Below are positions 1 through 12,505 of a stretch of DNA of 64,000 bases, piece after piece (the first letter of the stretch is position 1; each line of letters opens with the position of its first letter). The DNA comes from Pseudovirgaria hyperparasitica. Lineage: Eukaryota. The position numbers were made by a program, and so were the translations under genes. The stretch lies in assembly GCA_010093815.1 (NCBI GenBank), contig ML996583.1; one strand, 5' to 3'. The notes beneath the pieces were generated by a model. That model did not search any database and was not told the DNA's origin. It saw only the letters and a list, made by a program, of their open reading frames with translations.

Positions 1-689
1 GCAGAAGCTGGGGCTCACTAACGAGAGCGGAGGAGAGGGGTGTTTTTTTTTTGGGACAGTAGTATACTGAAAAGTCGTTGTGTCGTCGGGATGTGTTTTT
101 TTTTCGAAAAGAAGAAACGAGGAGGGGCGGGCGTTAGGTAGCTTGACAAGGTACAAGAAGTGATCCTAGAGATAGAGTGGAGTGGAGCTACGTTTGGAGT
201 TTAGTTCCGTCTATTCGTTCTAGTAGAGAGGGGAGGAAGATTAGCCACTATGTATGTATACTAGGAGGGGGGGAGTAGAGAAGAAGGGAGGGGGGGGGGG
301 AGGAGAGAGAGAGAAGGGAGAGAGAAGTTAGAGGAGGAGAAGGAGAAGGAAGGGGGGGGGGTGCAGTGGGAGAATGTGCAGGCTATGGTCTAGGGGCACT
401 TACAATACGGTAAGTAATACATGATAGAATATTACAGCGCGGAACGTGTAACTACGGTAAGGGTTGAAAGAGATGGTAGATAGTAAAAGTAAAGGAAGGA
501 GCTAGGGATAAGAATACTAGGTAAGCAGGGAAAGGAAAAAGTAAACGTAGAGCAAAGAGCAAAGAGCAAAGAGGGCGCGTTAGTTTTCAGTGACAGGGTG
601 GGGAGAATAGTAGGGCTAGTCAGTTCAGTACCTAGGGAAGACAGCCAATAAGGCTAACAAGGCAGGAATTGGATCATATCACCTTAGGC

Positions 690-770
690 ACCGATACTAC
701 TGATACCATTAATACCAGTAATACCGCTAATACCACTGATACCACCACTAATTTTACCACTGATACCCAT
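690..770. repeat. Degenerate ~9-bp tandem repeat (ATACCACTG/A-like)
   Basis: Direct inspection. Confidence 0.7.
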
Positions 771-1773
771 AGCCCGTGTCTGCTAATATTACCACCACTA
801 CCGCGAATACCACCAATGACAGTGATGCGACTTACTCACTTACCGCCAACTAGCTGCCTGCGCAGCGCTTGATTACCCTGTCTGCCAAGCCGAGCGCGTG
901 GGAAGGCTGAAGGAAGCTTCGGAATGATCGCCTCAACGGATCAGAGTGCTGTATTACTACTTAGGCACGTAGTGGTAGTAACAGTAGTAGTGTTGATAGC
1001 AGTTGATGCTACTCCTAGACTAAGATGGTGACCATGTGTGTTGTCGATTTGAGATACTGTCTTGTTGGTCCTGGTGCTGTGCTGGTCCTTGTCCTTGTCC
1101 TTGTCGTCTGCACCGCGACATCTATGCCTGCTTTACGGCCAGAGAGACGTAGTGCCGTAGTGAGGGAGCGATGGCACTTGGTGATTAGAACATCTATCAT
1201 TATATTATGGCCATGCTCTACTTGGCTTCTCTAGAGCATGGCTTCTCGAGGTTACCCCATCCCGTCATACCACGTCCCATTCAGGACTCAGGAGGGCGTA
1301 GGGTGGAGTGTGTTTCCCTGTTACGGCCAGTAGTGAGCAGTGAACCGGAGCAGTGATGGCTGGCTGGCACTGGCTTGCGCCGTCGGACTAAGCTATGGAA
1401 AAGAAAACTGCCCAGGTGGCGCACACACGTCTCAGGCAAGCCTTGCTAACTTCTGAGTAGTAATCACCCTAAACCTCACCCTAGACCTCACCCTATCAAT
1501 TCTCATCCTCCTTATCCTTATTCGCTCATTAGTGCCCGAAAAGATTCGTCCTGGTCGGGGTCATTTAATCCACTACATGTTAGTACAGCACCAGAACAGC
1601 ACGAGAACAAGAGAACACATTAGCTGGCACATAAGCTACTACGTGAGGGCCCTATGATCGCCGGACTACTCCGGCCCACGGCACCGACGAAAGCAAATTG
1701 CCAGTGCCAGCCCAAAAGAAATAGCATCCACCGGTCGAGTACGTCCAGTAGCAGTGCCGACCAGGTGGTCTGA

Positions 1774-1860
1774 CAGATGCGGTTGCAGATGCAGATGCAG
1801 ACGCAGATGTGGGTGCAGATGCAGATGTAGATGGACAAGTAGATGTAGATGCAGACGTAT
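1774..1860. repeat. (GCAGAT)n-like degenerate hexamer repeat
   Basis: Direct inspection. Confidence 0.8.
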
Positions 1861-4800
1861 ATACAGATCAGCCGCCTGCAGCTACCATACATACTTACTC
1901 GTCCTCCAGGCTCTCCCTTAATTGTCCGGCTAGGTTCTTGGGACAATGCCAACATGCTGTCATTGCTATGTGTACGTAGATGGATGTAGTACTTCAGACA
2001 CTGGACCTGACCTGACCTTACTGCAACAGACTTTGATATGCGCATCCTGGACTGTACATTACGCAGCTATCCAGCCACCACCCGAGCCAACCCCTCCCTC
2101 TACGCCCTAGACCTGCACACATGTACGATGTATTAGTACCGTTGTAGTTTGTTTACATGACTGTCTAGGTGCACCCATCCGCTCTCTCGACTGGTTCATG
2201 TTAACCACCTCTCCTTCTCCTCCGCCTCATCCTGCATCGTCCCGTGTGTGGCAATGTCTCCACCCCATCTGTCTGTGCTGGTGTTTGGTGTGTGTCTGTC
2301 CTGTCTGTGCCGTCCAGGGTTTGCGCTACGTGATCCCAGACCCGTGCCCTTGGTGTCGCCCATCACTGCCAATGTGAAGCCCCTGTCACAACTGCACAAC
2401 AACGGTAAATGTCTTTTTGAGGCACACGTCTAAACATGTCATGCATCGAATGTTCTGCCACCGGGACTATCAAATAGATAGACCCTTCGCCCTGGATTCC
2501 CCGGGCTGTGCCCCTCGGCATGTTCTGTCAACGGGCACTATACACAGAAAAATCAACATTCTTGGATTTGAAATGCTGCTTCACCATGGCCACCAAGTTG
2601 AACCGGGCAGCTGCAGTGTAGATATGTACATAACAAGTCAAGACACAGACCGAATAGGCCATGATCAACCATGTGTGATGAGTCCACGACATGAGCGGTC
2701 GGTCTGTCATCATCCGTGTCCAAGGAGTCGAAAGCCTCGAAGCCTTGAAAGAGACAAACGAATCGCATCACGTCTCCTGAGCCTGCTGACCGTTTGCTCA
2801 ATACCGCAGTCAGCGCACCAGCCATCACTACGGAAGGCCACTACGCACAAGGCGCGCCAGAGGACAACGCCCATGTGCAGCTTAACCCTTTTCGAGACAG
2901 AGTGTCTCGGAAACATGAGGGCAAAGTAGTTTAGAACCTCGTCGTCGTCCTTGTCCCTGTACCGTCAGTCTTTCATCTCCATCTCCCCTACCTCAGAACC
3001 GTCCCTGCTAGCTCTAGGTAGTGAGACGTTACCATTCGCATGAACTATACCATTCCCGCCCGTGCGGTTGAACTTGCGGTCCTTGCCGTGCTGACCACAC
3101 CACCCTAACTCACCGCCGCCGTTTTGCTATGACCTGTAGATTGCCATGAAGAAAACCGAGGCTGAGTCGACTTGCCCCAAGCTGGAGAGTATGCCGTACT
3201 TCGTACTACATGCTACGTGCTATGTGTTACGTGCGACATATCCCGGGATACTTGTCATCCATGGATGTACCACTATCTCTGACTGTTACAAGTTTGCGAA
3301 TTCCTCGGGCAGGAGCATTGATATCTCCCGACTGCAATAGACAATCGCTCTTTCTTGCTTCCTTCTAAACGTCCAATCTGTAACATAGACAAGGGAGGTG
3401 TACATATTCCAAAAGTTCCATTGTTGTAAAGTCCCCCCTGGTCAGCAGCCCATAATTAGTGCCAGGCATCAATTCATCGGCAGAATTCCTCACAGACGGC
3501 AGTTCAACTCAATCTCTATCTCGTCTAGCTACCACGGACAGAATATTCCTTTCCATACAACGTCGTCGCAATGCCAACAAGTATGGAAGTAGATGCCTTG
3601 CCCCAAATCAACTAATGAATCCTACCAACCATCGTCTCGAAACGGCTACTCTCTTGCCTACTTTAGCTTCCCGTGATTCGCTCATCATCCATCATGGAGG
3701 ATCCTCTTGGGCAGCAAGCCAAACTAATAGTAACATGTGAACAACACAAGTGCCCAACGTTCATCTCATTTCGACTTTTTGCCTCGCGTCGCCATCCATC
3801 TTTATTACCTGGTTAGCTATAACATTCTCCGCATTAATTAATTGCACCTTCACTTTCCTTTCTAGCAGATCCTGACTCCATCAAGATTTGATCATGATAT
3901 TGCTTGGTCTAGACTCGCTAGCCGTCCCCAAGGCCTGACTCACAGCCCACGCAGCGGACTAATACATACCTTTGACAGACTTGTTCACTAGCTAAGGTAG
4001 CTTGCCTCTCTCTGTTGCAAAGCATCAGACGGCTTTCTACACTGAAAATGTGCCACGCGCATCCAATCAAACCGATCATTTCCCTTTAATTGTCTGCTTC
4101 ATCCGCGCACGCCTCTTGACGCCACAAATTAAAAGAGAGATCCCGTTCGTCTATCGCTAATAAGCAGAGACATCGTCGAAGCAGCCCATACTCGACATCC
4201 TTTATACGCCTAGCAATTCAGACTTCACTCGTCACACTCCACCCTTCTCCGTCCTTGATGCTCATCTTATCAAGACGGCATGGCCGTATAGTGGCTGTCT
4301 GAATGCAATAATTCGTGCCAACTCGAGCTAGATCCGTTCATGAGGTTTTATTACTTGTATTGTTATCGAGGTAGAATGGCAAGTCTACGAGCAGCATTCC
4401 TTCACGAGTCTATTAGTCTTCGCACGTCCGCTCCAACTCCTCGGGATTTGCTCGAAGCAATACTCTCTTCACCTCAACATCCAGCCCATCACATTGCAAT
4501 GTTTGGCCACTATGAGCGATGCGCATTCCCAGGAGTTCCTAAGAGTCACGTGAAAAAAGGGTTTCAGTGTCCAATGACAACCACTTAGGTACCTACTACT
4601 GTTGTACGTATCATACCAATGACTATTACATCACACCAGGCTTCCCAGTCTTTGTTGTGGCAGCCCTACGATTCCGGGCGGCGCCCTTCTCACAAGAAGC
4701 ACGTCGTGAACATGTTGGCGAACGTTGAAGCTGTACCTGTACCTGTGCCTGTACCTGTACCTGGGTCCCGCACACAAAACTGATACTTGACTAAGTCAAT

Positions 4801-5009
4801 CGATACCAAGCTTTGTACTTGCTTTAGCGACCGGCTCAGCGAAGCTCCGCGCGACGCATGAGAGAGATCATCATTCTGTCATCTTTTCAGTTTTATCGCT
4901 CTCGACTTTTCACTCTCGACGATATCGTTGCATTTCACTTCTACATCTTCATCTCTCCATCCCGCAGGCCGGCTATATTGTCTTGTGAAACGTTGCATGC
5001 CCTGCAGCC

Positions 5010-7167
5010 ATGTTGACCATTCTCGGCCTTGCCTTGCTAGGCCTTGTCACCTTCTACTTCGTACAGACGTATCAGAGCTATGCGCGGAACCTTGTCGAAG
5101 CGAAGAAGTCGGGCATTCCATATGTCAGCGTGCCGATATACCCTTACAATGTGCTCTGGCTCATTGGAAGTCGCTCCATGGTTCCCCTGCTGAACAAATT
5201 ACCGACAGCATTGACGTCACCATGGCTGCAGTAAGTCTTGTTCTCCCCGCAGCGCTGTATTATACCTAGGTGATGATATTTATTGCACCCGGTCTGCCAC
5301 TGACATGGTGACATTCTGATAGATATCTTCAACCTGAATGGATGTACGTTCGAGGCTATTCTCCCTTCGAGAATCTCGACTTCGATCTGCTGTTGCTTGT
5401 CACCCCACGAGCCAATTTCCTTATCGTGGCAGACGCCGAAGCGACCGCTCAAATCGTAACCCGTCGCAATGACTTTCCAAAGCCAGCTTGGATGTACAAG
5501 AATATCAACATTTATGGAGACAATGTAGTCACTACTGAAGGGTCCATGTGGCGACAGCATCGGAAGATCAGCGCACCAAGTTTTGGCGAAAAGAACAATA
5601 CCTTGGTTTGGAAGGAAAGTCTTTACCAGGCGCAGGAGATGCTAAAAGCCTGGACTGGTGGTAAAGATGCAGCGATTGTTCAGGATGTGACCGAGGCGAC
5701 GATGAGACTTGCGCTACATGTCATCAGCCGCGCTGGCTTTGGCGTGCGCGTACAATGGCCACACGAAGAAGAAGAGGCGAAAAAGAAAGGTGTAGAGCTG
5801 AAAGGCTTTGCGGGGAGCACGCCGGAAGGTGACCATAAGCTTTCATACAAAGATGCTCTGGCAGGACTTTTAGACAACTTGATCTGGGCGGTCATCGTGC
5901 CTAAGTGGTTTGCAGGTGGGTACAAAGATGCAGTCACGTAATGCATTGGTATCGAAACTGACTGTAGCACAGCAATTTCTCCCTGGAAGAGTCACCATGA
6001 AGGTGTGCTATGCCGCAAGGAATGGGGCATGTATATGAATGAGCTCTACCAGGCTAAGCTGACTGAAGTACGATCTGGGCAAGATTCAAACACTGATGGA
6101 ATGGATCTCTTGGGTAAGAATTTATGCCGATCATTGTACCTGCTCGCAGCTTGTAACTAACTGGCCAATGTACAGGCTCGCTCATTCGAGGGTCCGGTAT
6201 CGCGGACGCTGGGGCAAAAAAGACTGCATTGTTGTCTGAGGAAGAGATTGCTGGGAACATGTTCGTGTTCATCCTGTAAGTTGACCACTCTACCGCTCAA
6301 CGTAGCTGCTCATCACATGCAAGCGCCGGTCACGAAACTACTTCAAACTCAATCGCATACTCATTGACCTATTTGGCCATGAATCCTGAGAGTCAACGTG
6401 CCCTGCAGGCAGACATTGACAGAATTCTCGGCAACAAAGACTTGAGTGACTGGAACTACGACGATGACTTCCCAAAGCTGTTTGGCGGTATGCCTGCTGC
6501 GGTGATGAATGAGACGCTGCGCCTCTTACCAGCAGTTGTCGGTATACCGAAGAGCACCCCTCCGGGCTTTCCACAGCCACTCACCTTGGGCGGAAAACGC
6601 GTAGTTGTCCCTGGCGATTGCTCGATAGCGGTGAACAGCGTGGGCCTACATCGCAACCCCAAATACTGGCCTCCCGTAGTAGATGCCAAGACAGGCAAGA
6701 CGTCTCCAAACGATGTGAACGAATTCAGACCGGAGCGCTGGATCGTCGACGCCAGCGCCACATCCAACCACAACAACGAAGAAGATTTTGAACAACACGA
6801 TGACGGTGGTCCGAGCGGTCCAGACACGTCGGCGCAATTGTTCAAGCCCATGAAAGGAGCGTACGTCCCATTCTCGGAAGGATTTCGGTCCTGCCTCGGC
6901 AGACGTTTCGCGCAAGTGGAGACGCTGGCCGTGCTGACGTACATATTCCGCGAGTATAGCGTTGAACTGGCGGTTGATCGATGGGCAGATGACGAGACGG
7001 TCCAGCGCATGAGTGAGTCGGAACGCAAGACGGTGTGGCAAAAGGCACTGTCGAGAGCGGAAGGTTTGTTCAAAACGAACATGCAAAGCCGTGTTACATT
7101 ACAGATGACGGGCAATGAAAAAGTTGGCTTGCGATTCGTCAAGAGAGGTTCAGAGGTCTTTGCGTAG
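5010..7167 (+). CDS. Cytochrome P450 monooxygenase, 5 exons (5010-5230, 5323-5915, 5973-6113, 6176-6275, 6324-7167)
   Basis: N-terminal TM anchor. Spliced I-helix FILAGHET, ETLR, PERW and heme motif FSEGFRSCLG. Introns restore a single frame. Confidence 0.95.
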
Positions 7168-10100
7168 GTACAGATCTATCTCTATGGAAGCTTGGAATAA
7201 ACCAGTATGCACATGCACACTCCACGAGGAACGACGAGGGACCAGTCCGTGGTGGCTTGCAGCAAAGGAAGCGCGATGGAAGATCGATCTGCAGAATATT
7301 GCCGCCAGATCTTTGGGCTTATGGACGGGCCACAGTACTCTCTGTGTAACTGCAAATGCTTGTTCTTAATTGCTAATGAAGGGCATATTGTGCTGTTCCT
7401 GTCAAAGTGGCAATCGCTCTTGACATATTCTTGAGTCTATCCGTCATTGATTCAAGTATACTGTCGGACAGGAGTATGTTTGAGCAGGGGAGCGCGAGGT
7501 AAAAAGTAAACATCCACAGACTCGCTCGCTCTGTGGCGAGTCTGGCCGTTCAGAACTAGTGTTATGGCATTGCCTCCTGCCTCCTTTGACTATGCCCCTA
7601 CATTGCGTGATAGTGGAGAGGTTCCCCAGATGTTGTATGTGAATTAATTACAGTGTTTAGAGTGCTCCTCCCCTCCCCCCTCCCCCCCCCCTTCTTAGAT
7701 GAGGGACTTAGGAGATCCGGTCTCATGTATGTATGTATTTACGTATTTATGTACGTGTGTATGTATACTATTTGTCAAATGGCCCTCATCAATACCGTGG
7801 CTACTGCATGGCAACACTCTTTTGCCCATAGAGCGGCAAGGATCGCCCCAGCAACAACACATGTTACACAATTCTGGCAATATGCTCGCCTCTATGTCTC
7901 TCTCTCAGAACCAACGGCGTGCACATGGCGTGCTCTCTCGTCTTATCCCTCATCTGCTATACAAGCGCCACACCCGCGAGAGCACATTTTATTTCTACAA
8001 TTGTTTAGTCCTTTTTTTCTTTTCTCTCTCCGGCTCCAAGTCCGTCCGCGCCTCATTCGGTTTCAGAAGCACATGCATACCTGCAATGAACCTATTGTCA
8101 TGTACAGCTGAGAGAGAGATCCCCCGGGGGGATGGCAGATGAATCACAACGCTCCAACGCCCGGGGGGGTTGGGCAAAGAGCCACTACTGCTGCAGGCCA
8201 GGACTGGGGTCTTTTATATTTTTTTTGACGTCGCCGATCAGCCGCCGTGGCGCCCCATTCTTTTTCGCTTTCCCCGTTCCACGCGAAGCCACGTCCACTG
8301 CTCCGGGCCAGGCTTGCGAGCTCTCGTCTGCTTGTCGTCTCATTCTCCCCAATCACACACATCTCCCCCCCTTTCCTATTGCTTGCGTTTCTTTCGGCAG
8401 TGCTATATTAGAAAACATCCTTGCCGTTAACGCGTGCCCTTCGTGCGCGGATACGAGCGGGAGGCGGTGCGCATCCGATCATGTCATGCAGATGGGCCTT
8501 TCGATCGGAACGTCCGAGATCTGGATGGTCCTGACTTGAGTCCGTGCCGGCTGGTACTACCTCTGTTTACATGTACGTGATGCGCCATTCCCGCCAGATG
8601 ACAAGCATGAGCACGAGCGCGAGCACGAGGACGAGACGGAGACGTGTCATTGTGTTTGTGCATATGTAATAAAATAGTACCATGTATTATTATTCCCGGC
8701 AAGCTCGTATCATATATGCACTTCTGACCTATACCCACCCACGATTGGGCTGTCGTGATCCCGTTGTGCTCGCACATTCTTGCTGCAGTTTGGAGCCGCA
8801 CACTCTCTCTCCAATGCTGGCGCCATCGCAGCTGCATGCTGCACGTCACACAACAGTCTACTCGCCTTGTCGTAACTATTGGATGAGATACCCTTGGTAT
8901 CTGTACAACGAGGTATAAGATCTACCCTGGAATACTAATCATCCCCGGATTGCCTGCGGCTTGCTATCTACGTCCATTTCTCATCTTCAAACTCTTACGT
9001 ACCAGCTCTGACACGGCCGGCTCTCGAAAGTCTGATATCGCATCGCCGGGCTTGTTTTCGCTTATCCTCCGGCTATTCCGCGTTGTAACATTCCCGTCAT
9101 GATCGCACATGTCCTTGCACTGTCCGTCTCTTCGCCTCGTTGCTCAAACGCTGTGTCGGAGGATAGATACAGCCTGTGATCTAGGTCGCCACCGAGTATA
9201 CAGGACAACTGTGATGCTTTCGGGCCACGACTTCACCGCCGCAAACAGCGGTGACAAGGCTCATGCAGACCTACAAGCATACAATGCGCACTGCTGCACT
9301 GCAAGCGCTGCCAGCAAACCTGTCTTCGCGGACAACCAACGAACTCCCATGGCGATGCAACTGTATACTCGACAGATCCTGGGCCTGTGCCTTGTTTCGT
9401 GTTGATACTGCTGGTCGCAGGCTTCACACCGCTGCTGCGCTCGCGACGAGAATGTTCTTTCGTCCAGACACCGCCAAATGAAGGCAGTTGTCTGCTATGT
9501 CCAGCATACCAAGTTGCTGGAATTACAAGAGTAGGTCGGCTCAGAATGATGTCCATTGTCGTTGAACGTGACATGCTTCTCAAAGGGCGCGAGAGACACG
9601 CCGTCCCACTGCCGCCCCGGGGGCCGTCCCGTCCGTCCGTCCCGCGACCCAAAGACCTGAGGCCGAGACGTCACTATCCAGACTCACGGCTAGTATACTA
9701 TAATGCGCATACTATTGATGCTATGAAAATCTCCGCATGAGCCGCTAACATGGTGGCAGCATCGATGAGAATAGTAGACATATCCACGAGTCCATCTCAA
9801 CTACAGCTACAAGGAAAAAGCTTGGAAGTCGACTGGTGGTAGCCAGATTCAAGCCTAGAAGACTACGAGGCAGCGCAGCACGTATACAAGGTCGAGTCTA
9901 GGTTTGGGAATGGATACAAGGGTATGTGTACATGCCGGACATGTTATGCGACCGTTTTCGTTCTGAGCAATGGGCGACTCAGTGCACATTTTCCACCGTC
10001 GTCGTTCCTGATATTCCGCATCGCGAATTCATAAATTTCATGAAACCGCAAGCCGAGCGACAACGAAAGGCATAATACATCACACGTTGCCATACCTAAT

Positions 10101-10828
10101 AAAACGGCGCACGTCGAGTGCTACTGCAAGAAACGCGAGTGTCGTACAACAAATCAAGAAAGACCATTGCAAGCTCTATCGGCAGACGCCCGCCTGTATC
10201 TCGAAGCACAACTGCCCGTATGGCGCACACCAACATAGATAAATGAAGCACCATATCCAGAGCATGTCTGAATTGAACCGATATGGCGTCGCTACGGCCA
10301 TTCATAGCACCACAACAACAGAGACAACGCAAGTCGGTATTGCATCCCGACATCACCCGATCACCACTGCATCCACCCGGGTTTTTATCGCACGATGCTG
10401 CCTGACTGTGCTCGCCTGGCTGCGAACGTGTGTCTATCACAAGCATTGGCTTCAATACGAGAAAACTTGTCAACGTTGCTCGAATCCTACCTCGCTACAG
10501 CAAGCATGCTGATTCCTCCCATCCAGACCCTTTCGCCTGTCCCACCCGCACGCAATGATACCACGCAAGCCCACAAACAACACCAACAATCATCTCTCGC
10601 CTCGCCTCATCTCATCTCATCTCATCTCATCCCGCCAGGCCCCCTCGGTCCCAACCGCATCATCTCCCCTGTCAATCCCCCCTTGTCGCACATCTCAAAC
10701 CGCTACCGTGCAAACCCCTCCGAGTCATATTACCCCAAGTCTAGTCTGCCCCCTCCCTCGGCACTCCAAAGATCCGCGCGCGGCCTTCGCAAGGCCAACA
10801 CTATCATCTTCACCACCGACCGTCCGAC

Positions 10829-10880
10829 CAACTAACTAACTAACCAACTAACTAACCAACTAACTAACCAACTAACTACC
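10829..10880. repeat. (ACTA)n/(ACCA) microsatellite
   Basis: Direct inspection. Confidence 0.9.
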
Positions 10881-12155
10881 AAAAAAAAACCCCCGAATAC
10901 CAAACACAGCTTAGCAGACACCAAGAAAACTCCCACTAACCAGCACGTGGCAGCCTACGCCTCACTCCCTCGCTCAACTTCCTTCTTAAACGCCTCACAA
11001 TTAGCCCCCCCTCGGCAAAGGAAGGAGGGGGTTAAAAAAAATCCCCGCCCGACCGCCCGCCCGGGTGCGTACCAAGTGGCTAGAGGACTCCCGATGCGCG
11101 CGTCTGCGCTCCACGGCGCTGGGGATCGTGAGGCGAGTGGGTTTGCGCGCTCGGGTTCAAAAACGGTTTTTTTCTCTTTTCTTGCCTGGGATGCACTAGA
11201 CTGGACTGGACTGGACTGGGTGGGTGGCTGAATAACTAGGTAAATAACAAACTAGAAAATTAATTAAAGAACTAATTAAAGAAATATTTAACTAAATACA
11301 TCGTTTCTTGTACCGGTTTCTTGGAATTCGAGTCAGGACTCATTAGATAGTAAGGAGAGAGAAAGAGAGAGGAAGATGAATCCCCGATAAAAGGGGGCGA
11401 GAGGGGGATTTGTTGGTGCGGCGAAGGTCTGGATGGAGGGTACTTTGTGTGTCCGTGTAGATACTGCCTACGTCATCAAGGGTCGTTTCGCTTCCATTAT
11501 GGAGTTTCGGGGCTTTGGTTCTGGCTTAGCAGCGCACGGAGATGGGTCCGGTTGGTTTTTGTCCCGTCTTTCGTTGACCGTTTCTGGTGGATGAAGGGAG
11601 TGGATGGATGGATTCTGAATGTTACGGACGAATACATACATACATACATCGATACATACAAGAATACACTCAAAAATACATCCTCAGGAACAGGTGTTCA
11701 CCCCCCCCTCCCTGTCTATCCTCCCTGTCTCTCCTCCATGTCTATCATCATCCTTCATTCTACCCTCCCCCACCCCCGGTCTTTGAAACCAACTACATAG
11801 CATCATCTCTGGTACACTATACATACTACACACACTACCTCGCCTCATTATGCTGAACAGACGCACAGAACAGACAAACGAACGAAAATATCTCCGCCCT
11901 GTTTATCTGGTTTGGATTTTCTGGGGCCCTTTGGTCTTGTTGGTGTTGGTGTTTGGGACTGGGACTGGAGAGGCAGATGGTAGGTAAGAGGAAGTAATGG
12001 TGAGTTAGTGAGTTAGTGAGTAGGTAAGTAGGTAAGTAGGTAAGTAGTTAAGTAGGTAGTAGGTAGTAGGTAGTAGATATCAGTACTCGATAGCACGCAG
12101 TACATAGTACGTAGAAAACAGCCAGCAAGTAGAACACACGCAGTAAGTGGCGAAA

Positions 12156-12330
12156 ATATATCCATAGCACGATATATCTATAGTACGATATATCTATAGC
12201 ACGATATATCCATGGCATACTCACAGCATACAACACTCACAGCATACAACACTCACAGCATACAACACTCACAGCATACAACACTCACAGCATACAACAC
12301 TCACAGCATACAACACCCACAGCATAGCAC
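12156..12330. repeat. Compound 16-bp minisatellite
   Basis: 4 x ATATATCYATAGYACG-like units, then 6 perfect + 1 degenerate ACTCACAGCATACAAC. Confidence 0.9.
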
Positions 12331-12403
12331 GCCCATATTGCAATCAATCAAGCAAGAAGCAAATGGCAAGAAGCAAATAAAAACAAAGTGTCTGTCCATT
12401 CAC

Positions 12404-12505
12404 CTAACCAACTATCTAACCATCCATCTAACCATCCATCCATCCATCTAACCATCCATCTAACCATCCATCTAACCATCCATCTAACCATCCATCTAAC
12501 CATCT
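12404..12505. repeat. 12-bp tandem CTAACCATCCAT
   Basis: About 8 units seen directly. Confidence 0.9.

Noticed and set aside
1464..1497. ACCCTAAACC telomere-like sequence
   Set aside because: It is part of a 12-bp local repeat (CTCACCCTARAC), not a telomeric array.
2417..2929. 170-aa ORF in the left intergenic region
   Set aside because: TTG start, no recognisable motif or codon bias. Most other short or antisense ORFs in the track were dismissed likewise.
10001..10064. Hairpin with ATATTCC / AAACC resembling snR30/U17 m1 and m2 plus ACA
   Set aside because: Motifs are imperfect (ATATTCCGC, AAACCGC), the m2-to-ACA spacing is longer than expected, and the flanking stem does not fit.
11420..11434. 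GCGAAGGTCTGGA resembling RNase P CR-I
   Set aside because: Its complementary partner lies upstream (10519-10529), the wrong order for P4, and no CR-V is found downstream.
12219..12330. Regular repeats as a CRISPR array
   Set aside because: No spacers, eukaryotic context, no cas genes.
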